Below, piece after piece: positions 35,836 through 47,578 of a stretch of 64,000 nucleotides of DNA. A program made the position numbers and the translations under genes. This stretch comes from Setoptus koraiensis. Its lineage: Eukaryota; Animalia; Arthropoda. Positions within the stretch are counted from its first letter, which is position 1. Every line of letters starts with the position of its first letter. The notes below the pieces were generated by a model. That model did no database searches, was not told the origin of the DNA, and saw only the letters and a list, made by a program, of their open reading frames with translations. The stretch is taken from NCBI GenBank assembly GCA_048013815.1, contig CM106586.1, positions 9,052,001 through 9,116,000 on the forward strand, written 5' to 3'.

Positions 35836-38800
35836 TTATAACACAAATATATTTAAAGGTTTTATAAATATCAATTCGAACCTTTGTTGCGCATATTGTA
35901 TACTTTTTGATTTTATACTTTCGGTGGCGGCAGGGGTGCTGTTGTTACCAATGGCTTTGTTGTTTTCTATAGCTGTAAACATTGTTTGGTCAGTTGCTTG
36001 GCATCTTCTCTTGTTGCTACTGTTGTTGTTGTTGGTTCGTTTTGGTTTCTTTGCTCGCCAATATCTGATCCATGTTGCGCCAGCCACAATGGGAATAGCC
36101 GAAACTGACGAAAATGCCAATGTCCAGCCAGCCACAACTGACCAAAGCGGAAATTTGTAGCCACGATACACTGGCGTCTCGGCCGAGAATATAGACATCG
36201 CAATGACCACCTAGAGAAATGATTACAAATTATGCAAATTAGCGCGTTTACGAGCACAGGTAAAAGTAATTAGCCACTACCGAATGTGCGCAAATGAAGG
36301 ATAGACAAATTGAGTTGTTCCGTTATACTCACGCCCAAAAACAATGGTGATATGTATTTCCAGCATATTATGTAGAATAGATGAGGTTTCTTCCCCAACA
36401 TTGACTCAATATTTGGTATAAAATTTGACAATCCTATGTTTTTGTGACGCCCAGCGTACGTATTCGAAAGTTGTTAATTATTCTGTTATTAATAGTTGAT
36501 TAATTGAGTTTTGTGTCAATCAATTAAATTAAAAGTCAGAAACTTACCGTAACAGTAAACCACACCTATAGCCTCGAATAATGCAGAGAATAGTAAGGAA
36601 ACTCCTGCCGAGTAAACGTCGAACCAATACATGGTGTAAGCTCCGCCCTGAATAAGTGACGATAAAATTTGATTAGTTATCATTGATTCGCCAGTCCCTG
36701 CACCGTTATTTATCTGAATACAAAAAGCCAGTAGTTGATAGCAAATGCAACCCCCTCAACAGCCATATATCAACTATTCAAGTGTATGCGATCAATCAGT
36801 GACTAATGATAATTAAAATTAATTATGGGCAAGCCTTACCTGAGTGCAACTAATTAACGCTGGCAAAAAAGATGATGCAATCACTATAAAAGTTAATTGG
36901 CCTCTTGTTAATCTTCGCGCAATCTTAAATTCGTCCTCCAATCCAGTGATAACTGCCTCTAAACCGCCCATCTAGTTGTTGTGAGCAAATTGTTGAATAG
37001 TAGACGATACAGAACGTGTCAGATCATGACATAACGTGGCAAGTAACGTTATGCGAGAACAATTATTAGCGAGTTGTGAAAAAAAAAACGAAGAAGAAAA
37101 AAGCAAGTGATAAAAAGTAAAAAGCAGTGATTTGTCTTTTTTTCTAGGCAAGCTTACCGCTGAATCGATGCCCAAAGTGAGCAACATAATGAAGAATAGT
37201 ATAGACCAAAATTGAGCGAATGGTAGCGTGGTGAGGGCCTCTGGATAGACCTCAAACACTAGACTGTAGCCCTCTTTTGCCACCTTGTCAATCTCTATGC
37301 CCAGATTGGTGGCCATGTAACCCAAGTAGACAAAAACGACTAGACCCGAATATATGGATGTGGCAGCATTGACGGCAGACGTCACCAAACAATCCCTATA
37401 AAACAGTTGATGTAAACAGTAGTGGTAAAAACGAATATGGTGAATTAACTGTTGTTGCAAAATATGCCAGTGTATAAGATCGCTAACTCACCTGTAACAA
37501 TTATTATTGTGGCCATTGAATGAGGCGTAGGTGAGATGGACGCCGAAGCCCACACCGATGGAATAGAATACCTGTCCGGCGGCGTCCACCCAAACTTGTG
37601 GATCGGCCAATTTCTCTAATCTTGGCGACAAATAGTATGCAATACCCATACCCGCTCCTGGCAGAAATAGGCCTCGCACAAGCAAGACAGTGAGTATCAT
37701 GTAGGGCGCGGTGGCGGTCACCCAGACGACCTGACGACCGAGTCGGAATAACAGATATAATAACAATGATAACAAAATAATATATAGATCATCGGATATC
37801 GTGTACATATACATGAGATTATAAATAATTTCATATATTATAATTGTTACGCAAGTCACAGACACCACTCACCTTGCCTGATGTTTCCAGACCTCTAAAT
37901 AGCGAGAAAAAATGCAACGTATACACCACCAAGGTGCACACCACCAATCCTGGCCTCAGGTAGCCCATGTCCTCGAGACCGGTCGATTTATCCAGCTCAA
38001 GCAGTTCTTTCACAAAGAACTCTGATGCCGGGGATGTGATCTCCCTCTGGGAGAACAGTTCCGCCTTACAAGCCTCTAGACTCATGTTTTTCGGACTGCA
38101 CAAGTCTCTCAATTGTCTAATAGACATACAAGTTGCATTGTTCCATTCGTGATTGCACTCTTCCCACGGCATTTTAGCAGCTGTCAGAAGTGGGGCCAAA
38201 TTAATTTAACCAAAAGTTGACAAGGTTAAAAAGGGACTATCTTACTCTAGTATAGTATCTTTAGACTAGTGGCATGTGGCCGAAAACAATCACGGCAGCT
38301 ATTATATTATCATTATTATTATGTATATTATTATTATGGGGCTACATAATAATAATTATATTGAGCGCGGATTGATATTATTATATAATTATAATATCAA
38401 TTGAGCCGACATTGGCTGATTCAACGATGGGCTAATATTCGAATAATAATCATGGGTAATACTCACTCGATGAAATGCTCCTGTATATAAAATAGACACT
38501 CCAGGCTATGAGGACATTGTAGTAAAAGGACACGTACCACGAAATGAGTATGCTGCAATAACCGACGCCCTTCATCGAGGGACAAATTTTGTTCCAAACG
38601 GTTATGGGCCCCTTCTTGACAAATTGACCTAGTAATAACTCTAAAAAGAATAACGGAATTCCGCCAAAGATTAACATTATAATATAGGGTATTAAAAAAA
38701 CGCCGCCCCCGTTTTTGTAACATAAATAGGGAAAGCGCCATATGTTGGCTAAATCAACAGCAAAGCCAATAATTGATAATAGAAAATCCATTTTTTTGCC

Positions 38801-39931
38801 CCAACGCAATCTAATTTCTGAGCTTGATTTGGACATGGCGCAACTGTTGAGCGCCGAAGAATTCAGAGACGACGAACCATCGGGCGATCTAATGTTGCCT
38901 GTAGTGGTAGTTGTAGTGGTTGTGGTGGTGGTAGTGGTGGCGGTATTAGTGGTTGTGTTTTGGTTGTTTTGGTTGCTACTTTGGTTGCTACTTTGGTTAT
39001 TTTGGTTGCCACTTTGATTGCAGCTAGAGTTTAGAGTATTCTGGATATTTTGGGTGTTTGATGCGGCGCTAGTTGAGGTGTTGAATTTTGGATTAGACAC
39101 CACCACTTGCTTGAACGAGTGCCCATCGGGACATGCCACCACCTTTAGGCTGGTGGCATTTGGCTGATTATAACTGTTGTTTGTTAATCGATTATCCTTG
39201 TTTGTGCTATTAAACAGCAATGAGCATTCGCTGTTATTATCTAGCGTCACATTATTATGCAATTGTTTGCTATTAATCAAGCTAGTTGTGGCGCGTGCCG
39301 GTGCAGAAGAAGAGGCCATTGCATTCCTATTGTCGGACAGATAATTGTCGCTGCTGTTAGTGGCTGTTGCATTGGTCATTGCATAACGTTGTTGTTGCAG
39401 TTGTTGTTGTTGCTGCTGTTGTTGCTGTTGTTGCTGTTGTTGCTGTTGTTGCTGTTGTTGTTGTTGATGTTGTTGTTGTGGAACGTTGCTATCGTGGAGG
39501 ATGTTTGCGTGTACATTCGTGACCAACTCGTTTCGTTTTTGTGTGCTCTGTTTGTATTGGTCACGAGCGTCAGAATCGATCGAGAACTGGGCCTCTTGAT
39601 TGAGGCCAGCGGCCTCTTCGTGGTGATGGAAATGTTTTTGCTTCTTTGAATTGACCATCGACGACAATTTGTGCCTAACTCTCTCTGTGTATGTCAGTGC
39701 ACGTTGCTTGTTTGCTGAATCTAGTGCTTGCGTGGGCGGCTGTTGCTGGTGCAGAGCCGACGACGACGCCAACGATTGCTCCAGATCCAGCTCCAGCTCC
39801 TCCTGAATTTTGGACAAATCGTGGTCCCTTTCCAGCGCGGGTCCTGTCAATTGAGCCCTTGAGGGCCGCTCGAGCGTCTGATGATTGCCTGCTAAACTGG
39901 ACTGCTGCTGCTGTTTGCCGCTGCTATTCAT
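35836..39931 (-). CDS. SLC6 sodium/chloride-dependent monoamine transporter (octopamine/dopamine/noradrenaline-transporter-like); exons 38467-39931, 37873-38180, 37492-37730, 37158-37395, 36840-36971, 36548-36647, 36333-36433, 35836-36210 (985 aa)
   Basis: [34 protein letters not shown] contains the TM1 Asp of monoamine transporters. Also MPWEEC..W, K|[29 protein letters not shown]|[10 protein letters not shown] and WKYISP. All eight exons splice in phase. Confidence 0.93.
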
Positions 39932-40955
39932 TGATGACGATTACACGATCTGATATTCACCTGTCGCTACTAGTTGTCCTATAAAATAAAATAGTAATAA
40001 TGATAATAATAATGATAACAATTCCTGCGACAATCGCAATGTTCGTTCAGCAAGCTACAATTGTTGTACTAATGAGCTAATAATATGTGTTGTTTTGGTT
40101 GTTTTGTTATGGTGCTAATTGGGTGCTGATTCGGTGCCGATTCGGTGCCGGAGATGCGACCATTGAGCGGCGATCGCGATGCCGGGATGTTGGAATAAAT
40201 TGGCGCTAACGCGACTAAATTGGCAAGCAATTATTATTAATATTATTGTTTGTATGATCATCCGACGAGCTAATTGGTCTAGGCAAATCGTCGAGCTTGT
40301 TAGTGTCAGTTGAGTGAGTTGGGCTGATCGCTTTGAAGTTGCATGTATCAATGCGTGTACCATATGCACAGGCAGGCATAGGTAAATTGTTTGTAATTGA
40401 ACATGTTGTTGTTTGTTGTTTGTTAGGTGATCTTACGTGACTGAAAAAGGGTTAGCGTTGAGCAACGACGATATTTGAACATGTCGGACAAAACGATTAG
40501 TTAGTGGCGGTTGCACAAGTCATTTTGCATACTAATCTGTTGATGTTGATGGTGATGTCGTTGTCGTTTGGACTATTATCTAATTTGAATATATTATTAG
40601 GCCGCCGATTGTGCCAAGCGAGGCTCGCCGCTCAACAGCTTCAAGAGCTTGCGTTCAATGAGCCGGCCGACGGTGTCAGGCAAGGTGAGCGGTGGTGCGC
40701 TCGGCAAGCTGTTGATTAGACCGTTGATTAGACACTGTTGATGAAACACACTGACACACTGATAAATTACAATTGCCACCACTGTGTTGTGGCATACAAT
40801 TTCTAGGTCAGCGGCCTGTTATTGTTGCGCTGGCAGCGCTAATTGCGGACTTGATTTGCGGATTTGCCTAAAAATTAATTAATTGTCTAAATTTAGATGT
40901 AGCTGTTGATGCTCAAGTGATGTCAAGTGATACAATTAACGAGATAAATGGCAAA

Positions 40956-40963
40956 CTTTTATA
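40956..40963 (-). promoter_or_regulatory. Candidate TATA box of the SLC6 gene (mirror at 57451-57458, +)
   Basis: TATAAAAG on the minus strand with TCACTT Inr-like words ~30 nt downstream, ~1 kb upstream of the ATG. Function is inferred. Confidence 0.45.
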
Positions 40964-43900
40964 CCATGTTTGTATTATGTGTGTTGGTGTTGCTGCTCGT
41001 TTGCTGGCCAACGACCACTGTTTGTTTGTTGTCGCTGTTGTTGTCGCTGTTGTTGTCGCTGTTGTTGTTGCTGTTGTTGTTGCTGTTGCTCATTCCCATG
41101 GGAACCCCATTGGCAGCAACATCACTGGCACCACCAACAACAAATGATTGAGCAGAAGCAGATTATTGCGGGCAGCAGCGATTAACAGCCAGCCAGACAT
41201 TGAGCGAGCCAGCTCGATAGTTTGTGAGCCAATGCAGCCTGTTAGCCCGACAGTGGGCTCGATAGACGGCTCGACAGTGGGCTCGCTAGACGGCTCGATA
41301 GTCGGCGAGCCAGACAGCCAGCCAGCTAGCTAACCAGCGAGACAGGTACAAGAGAAAAGATTATTATTATTATTATTTTGACGCTTATCGATCGCTGATT
41401 ATCAATGGTTTATTTTGTCGCCAATGTTAATCCATTGAACCATTGCTAGCCAGTGTGTGCTGTTGCTTGTTGCCAATGTGCGATTTGTGATTCCCATTTG
41501 TGATAGCTTCGATCTCCAATTGCGACTTCTATTTAATCTATGTGAACACAATGCCAGCGTAAGCCAGCCTCTCTATAGATGTAAATTAAAACCTAAACAA
41601 GTAAAAGAAGATTCCACAAGCTGACTTGTCTCGCCTGATGCTGTTGCTGCTGCTTGTCGCGTCGACGATTGTCGCTTGCTGCTTCGATTTCGAATTGGCT
41701 TCTTGCTTCGTAAATGGTGGATTTGATTTAATCTTTGCACCGCCGTTGCGCCGCACCAAAGCCAGTGGCAACAGTTTTGTTTGCGGGCGCTATCTGTGCA
41801 GCTAATAACAAATCAATTAAACACAACAACATTCGCAGCTATCTTGTGACAACTATTTAGGCGATTACTGTTACCCTGCCAAGAGATGACGTAATATCGC
41901 TGTTGCTGTTGCCGGCTGTCGCTGGCTTCGGCTGGCTTCGGCTGGCTGCTGGCTGCCGGCTAGGGTGGCAACGGCTTAAATTTATATTTTGCTTATAAAT
42001 AACTTTTGCGCTGCTCGCACACTGGCGATCGCTTCTCGAAATAAACAAACTGGGCGCTCGTTAGCTAGGTGTGTGTGTCACTCAGGTAAACTCTTCATCT
42101 CTTGCTTGTCATGTCGTCGTGATTTAATCGGATTATGTAAGCTGTTGTGCCGGTCGTCGTTGAGGCAGTGGCAGTTGTTGCAGCGGTTGCAGCGGTTGCA
42201 GTTGTTGCAGCGGTTGCAGTTGTTGCAGCGGTTGCAGTTGTTGCAGTTGTTGGGCTCTCTCGCTCTCGGGCAGACAAGGCCCGGCTAAACGATCTCTCTG
42301 CTCGCTCGATTGATATTTTGTCGAGTGTGTGTGTGTATTTCTCAGAGAACCAGATTGCAAATCAAACAGCCAGTTGCGCGTCGCCTCACCCAGTCAATAC
42401 AGCAGCGTGACACAATGCGACACCACTGGCGACAACAACGCCACCGCCAACAACCACAACCACCACAACTGCAACCGCTGCAGCAAGTGTGTAAATACAT
42501 GGTGCCACATTGTGTGTGTGCGTGTGTGTGTGTGTGACCTTACACACAATATGACATTTCTGACACACTCAGAGCGGCGCGTCGGCTCGGGGCCCCCAAA
42601 ACGCCCCAAAGAATTTCGCTCAATAGCAGTGAGCTCGAGTCATTACTGCGGAACCAACCGTTGCGCACTTGTTATGTTGACGTGTGGGGACACTTTTTGT
42701 CCTCTGCTCCACACAGTCAACGGGCCCCACAGTCAGCGGGCCCCACAGTCGGCGGGCCCCAAAGTCAAACGCTAGCTGACAGCAGAGAGCACAGCGAGCG
42801 CATCTCGAGCTGCCATCGTCTCGGGCCACTCGATTGCAAGCAAAATTGCTTTTCCGGCACAATGCCGGCTAACAAGTGATTGTGGGGCCCCGTCAATTAG
42901 CGAGTGCATCAATTGGCGCAACGGCCAACTACTACTTGTTGTAATCGGCAACAACATTTCCGTTTGCTTGCCAGTTTGCGATCAAAATCGGCCCCAAAGC
43001 TGCCGCTGACGAGCCACGACCCTGGCCCAAATCTCGACGCGATCCGCAGCACAACAATGTTGGCACAACAACATTGTTTTGGCGTGCACACTGTTTAATT
43101 AAATATCTATTATGTAATTGCGGGGCAATAATTGCGCCGAGAAGCCCAACCAAACGAAGAAGAGAGGCCCAGAAGAGAAGCCAAGGAGATGTTGCCATGA
43201 TATGATATGGTAGCAATAAGCGTCACTATCGTCGCTCACAATCAACAGACAAGTCAAATGACAGCAGTGCCAGTTATTGCCACCATTGGGGGCGCCTTTG
43301 TGCCCACAATTTGATTAAAGCGGCTCGCAGGTAGATTGGGGGGGGGGCCCGGCTTAGTGTGCACAGCGATGGTGGATTGTGTTCATTAATCATTTATATC
43401 ATCATCATAATCATATTGTCCATTGATTAATCATCATTTAATCTTGTTCTCCCTCGCTACGGTCGCCGGTCGCCGCTTGTTGGGCCCCAAAACAAGTCGG
43501 CCCGACGAATATTGGAGCGGCGGTTTTTAGGTCACACACTAAGCGGCGGACAATTTGTCGCCCGAATGGAATGAGCGCGACAAACTGACCAGCGTCATTT
43601 GGCCCGTTTGTCCATTTGGCCGGCCCGGCGCGATCAAGTGTCGGGCGCGCAGACATTGACCGTCTGGCAACCCGCGCGGCCCCCAATGTCCGGCCGGCGC
43701 GCCACAAAACCTCACAAATTGTGAGTCACAATGCGGCAATATATTTGCGGCTGGTGCGGCTCACAACACAGAATATATATTGAAATGTTGTTTAATATCG
43801 GCGCCATACGAGCAATCTCTTTCTTTGGGGCGCCTCTCGATTTCGCTGATCCTATTTCTTGTCTAGTGGCGTTGTAATCATGGCGACCGGGTAATTGTTG

Positions 43901-44894
43901 GCCATTGTCGGGCCGTGCGCCTCACACTGACGGTGCTAAGGGGCGCATAAATGGCATATATTTGCACTATATAGCGATCTGTATGGCTATGAGCGGCCAG
44001 ACACATTGTTGGAATGTGCTCGGCCGACAAGTTTGGGGCCCAAAGTGTGAGTGAGAGTGGGGCCAAGATGAAAAGGCATTGTGTGTTGGCGGGCCCGATG
44101 AACAACAATGAGCCTGGCGCCGGTGGAGTTATTTGTCGGGCGCGACAGTCACTTTGTTAGCCAAAGCACATAGTCAATTTACAAGATAGTGGCGGCCTCA
44201 CTTACGTAACGAGCAACTACTACTTGTCTTGCCGGCACAATGCACGGCGCTCATATTTGTTTATATTGGACCCGCTGGCCCCAAATAACGGTGCTAACGA
44301 CACGCTTATTGGATGGCGATGCGCCCCAATATTTATATATCATTTATGTATGCCTCATATGTGCTGTTATATATGGTTTTTACACGCTGGCTCACACATA
44401 TATGGTTTGTTATGTAAGAGTAGGCAATATATCAACTATATCATATATATCATGCACTCCATTAATTTCTGCCTGATTCCGGCTGGCCTCTGTGTCCCGT
44501 CTTGTCTTGTCTCGTCTCGGCTTTTCTTGTCTGCCCGACTGGCGCGCCAAAACCGGACCGGACCGGTCCGGTCCGCCACTCACTTCGGGCAGTTGCTGTT
44601 GTTGTCTGGCACCACCGTCACTAGCCACAACAACTACAACAATGGCCCGAGTGCCGCTGTTGCGTCGCGGTGCGTCTAACCGGGCCCCACCAACTAACCG
44701 GATTGGCGCTGGTGCATGGCGCATATCATGGCGCCCCGTTAGCCAGCGAGCCGGTCGACTGATTAAAGGTTGACGCTCGCTTGGGGCCATTATCGCCAGT
44801 GGCAAGCATCAAGTGACAATCTAAGTGATAATTTCGTGACACTTGCTCTCGCCTCACCATGCCACTGCCACACTGAATAATGGTCGCTTGGTGG

Positions 44895-45008
44895 CGCCGA
44901 TATCCAGCGATAACCAACGCCGATATCCAGCGATAACCAACGCCGATATCCAGCGATAACCAACGCCGATATCCAGCGATAACCAACGCCGATATCCAGC
45001 GATAACCA
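44895..45008. repeat. 23-bp tandem repeat, 5 copies (cgccgatatccagcgataaccaa)
   Basis: Head-to-tail units with no spacers. The mirror at 53462-53530 has only 3 copies. Confidence 0.95.
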
Positions 45009-45668
45009 GCGATTCAGTGATGAAATTAAATTGCAGCATGATAATAACTAATGTGTAATAACTAATAATAACAACTGTTACAGACTATTAAGGGGCGCGC
45101 AAATGAGCTCCGGCTGGCCGGCCATCTCAAAACCAGGGGCCAGTTTAAACTGGCGATGCTCCGCTTGGCGGCCAACTCTGGCTTGCGCGCGAGCACTGTC
45201 ACCAACTAACGGAATGTCCCAGGTTGCCAGATGGCGCTGGCAACCTGGGTCTGGCGCTGACAAACTGTCAAAGGGACCCGTCACCATGGAGACGAAATCT
45301 CGTGTTCCGGCGATTTGAGCGACGAAAGGGCAAGAATCGGGCGATAATCGGGCGAGAATAGATCGATTCTCGCGAACCAGTTGGCACCCGTTGCCCGGCA
45401 CCGAGAGACAATCGACGAAACTGACTTGGGTCGTCCGCTGGGCCGCTCGGCGGGCCGGCTTTTTGGTTGCGAGCGGCAAAGTTCAGCTTCGGGCGAAAAG
45501 CGGTACCCTTGCAACCGGCGCGAGAGTGCACTCAAACATATGGACTGGTGTGGCCGGACTTGGAGCTGGTCGCTTTAAAATTCAATGTTTAAATGCGGAA
45601 TTCAGTTGAAAAGTGTCGCTCGATCGTCGCGGGGCTAAAAATAGGCTGAAACCGCCGCCGCTATTTGA

Positions 45669-45729
45669 CCGCTGAAGCCCGCTAGATGTCGGCGCCGGCA
45701 AGAAGCCCACATCTAGCGGGTTTCAGCGG
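45669..45729. repeat. 61-bp GC-rich hairpin (21-bp stem with one mismatch, 19-nt loop)
   Basis: ccgctgaagcccgctagatgt-cggcgccggcaagaagccc-acatctagcgggtttcagcgg. Confidence 0.93.
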
Positions 45730-46879
45730 CGCGCCTAGCGACTTGGCGAGCTTTTTTTCTGTTCCTCGGCGGCTATATGCCGTCTATATGTCCGCCATGT
45801 AGGTGGCCTATCGATGGACAGGCGGCTAAATGGCGATTTAATGAACGTTTCTCGCATACGCATGATTACGCGGATTTTGTGTGTCGTCGCTGTCGACTTT
45901 GGGGCGCCGCGATCCAATGTCGAGGCACTGATTCAAATTCACGCCGTGCCCAACAAAGATCCGCCGGCCTTTCGATTGAGCCCGAGCAAGAGGCCTAAAA
46001 AGCATGCGGGTGGCGCGTGCAAGCCCGTGCAAGCGATTCATCGAGCAATTCAGGCAGCCAGCGGGCAAAAAAGAAACCAACGACAGATAGAGAGCAAAAA
46101 TTTGAAAAGAATTGGCGACCTATGCTATGCAAAGTGACTCTTGTTGCCCAGACAGACGACCCAACGTCTGTTCGGGGCCCCATCTCTTGCTGCGTGTGTG
46201 TGTGTGTGACCTAGGTAGATGCGGCCGGCTTGGGAGTTCACGATGCGACGCCATAGGGGCCCCATCCCGGGGCATCTATTCACAGAGGGCGCACCGTGAA
46301 TAGAAACATTATTATGCGCCAGCTTTTTTCGCCCGAATCTCTTTTTGCAAACTTTTTTTGGCCTGCCTAGCCGGTGTGGCAACAGATAACTAAGGGCACA
46401 CTAATAACAACCCCGACAGCCTAGGTTAATAACCAGCAAAAAGCCGGACAAAAGCGGCCAACAGTTGTGTCAATATAACTTGACTAATTTGATGAGTTCA
46501 CCGCCATAATGACAAACCATGATGGCAATGAATTTCCGTTTGCCCGGCCAACCAAATTGTGTGATTTGGTATGAATGAGACGCCGTAATACGCCACCAAT
46601 GAGCCAATCAGAGAGTGTGCGGACAATTGAATTGATGTGTGGCCACAATCTGATGAAGCCGGCTCGTGCTCGTCAAACTGTCATGACGTATCATGATGTA
46701 TTTTGATGATGTCATGGCAATAGTATCAATAGTCGATGAACATCTCAATACACATGACAGCCCAAATGAAAAGGGGCCCACAATTGACCGGGAAAAGCGG
46801 CCGAGATTTGCCATTGACATGACGCCAAATGACATGACGCCAAAACGAAATGTCATTTGAGCGAACTGGGGTCATGTAG

Positions 46880-46926
46880 ACGTGCCTCGTAATTGGGCAA
46901 AGTAGGGCCTCTGAAAAGTATAAAAG
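46880..46926 (+). promoter_or_regulatory. Candidate core promoter of the neuropeptide-precursor-like gene (ACGTGCCTCGT, AGGGCCTC, TATAAAAG)
   Basis: TATAAAAG at 46919-46926, ~260 bp upstream of the ATG. Tandem tgacatgacgccaaa (TGACG half-sites) at ~46815-46845. Confidence 0.55.
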
Positions 46927-47182
46927 CAATCAATTTCAGCCAAATTTGCCATCATAGCGCGTTTTTGTCAGTCATCGGTAACATCGTCACTTGGTGTCAT
47001 TCGATCGCTGTCGCTAGTCTCACAATTGCCGGCACATTGAGCATCAGTTAGCAGTAAATAACAAAATAATTTCCACTAAACAACAAATTTTTTTGCACAA
47101 AAGCCATTCTCAGACAACAAGTTCACAGCCATCAGCAGAATCGTTTATTTAGCAGAGAATTTAGTCCGACAAAACAACCACA

Positions 47183-47578
47183 ATGAATAGCTATCTACTG
47201 AAAATTTTTGCTTTTCTAATTGTGCTCAGCCAAACAATTATGGTTAGCCGATGCGCTTCGCGCGAGCCCAAGGTAAGATGATCGAGCCAACGACGGCCAC
47301 CAATACAACCAAATTGCTCGATCAAATCACTAATCATTACATAATATACATTACATGTACATACGTACTATTTGACTGGCTCGTGGCACCAGTTTGATGC
47401 GGCCAAGATAACGGGATCTCTGTCAGACGATGACATTGTCAAAGGCACTCTTCAACAAGTTCCCCGTTATCTCATGTATTATCGCCGTGACACTTCCGCT
47501 CCCTACTACAAGCGAGCTGTCACCGGCATCGACACAATAACGGGCTATTCAATCGGCAAGCGAAGCGAGCTGGGGTAA
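47183..47578 (+). CDS. Putative neuropeptide precursor; exons 47183-47272 and 47393-47578 (91 aa), with a possible third exon 47760-47946 if the GTAAGT at 47575 is used
   Basis: MNSYLLKIFAFLIVLSQTIMVSRCASREPK (signal-peptide-like) |gtaaga...cag| FDAAKITGSLSDDDIVKGTLQQVPRYLMYY-RR-DTSAPYY-KR-AVTGIDTITGYSI-GKR-SELG. Dibasic cleavage sites and a Gly-Lys-Arg amidation signal are present. Confidence 0.75.

Noticed and set aside
44895-45008. 23-bp repeat array as a CRISPR array
   Set aside because: The units are directly head-to-tail with no unique spacers, there are no cas genes, and the context is eukaryotic.
45669-45740. Helitron 3' end (hairpin plus CTAG)
   Set aside because: The CTAG is followed by C rather than T, the hairpin is longer than typical, and no 5' TC terminus or Rep/helicase is seen.
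39960-46900. Dozens of 60-150 aa ORFs in the spacer and their mirrors at 51.5-58.4 kb
   Set aside because: They overlap in all frames, derive from microsatellites or GC-rich sequence with few stops, and show no recognisable domain or splice-consistent model.
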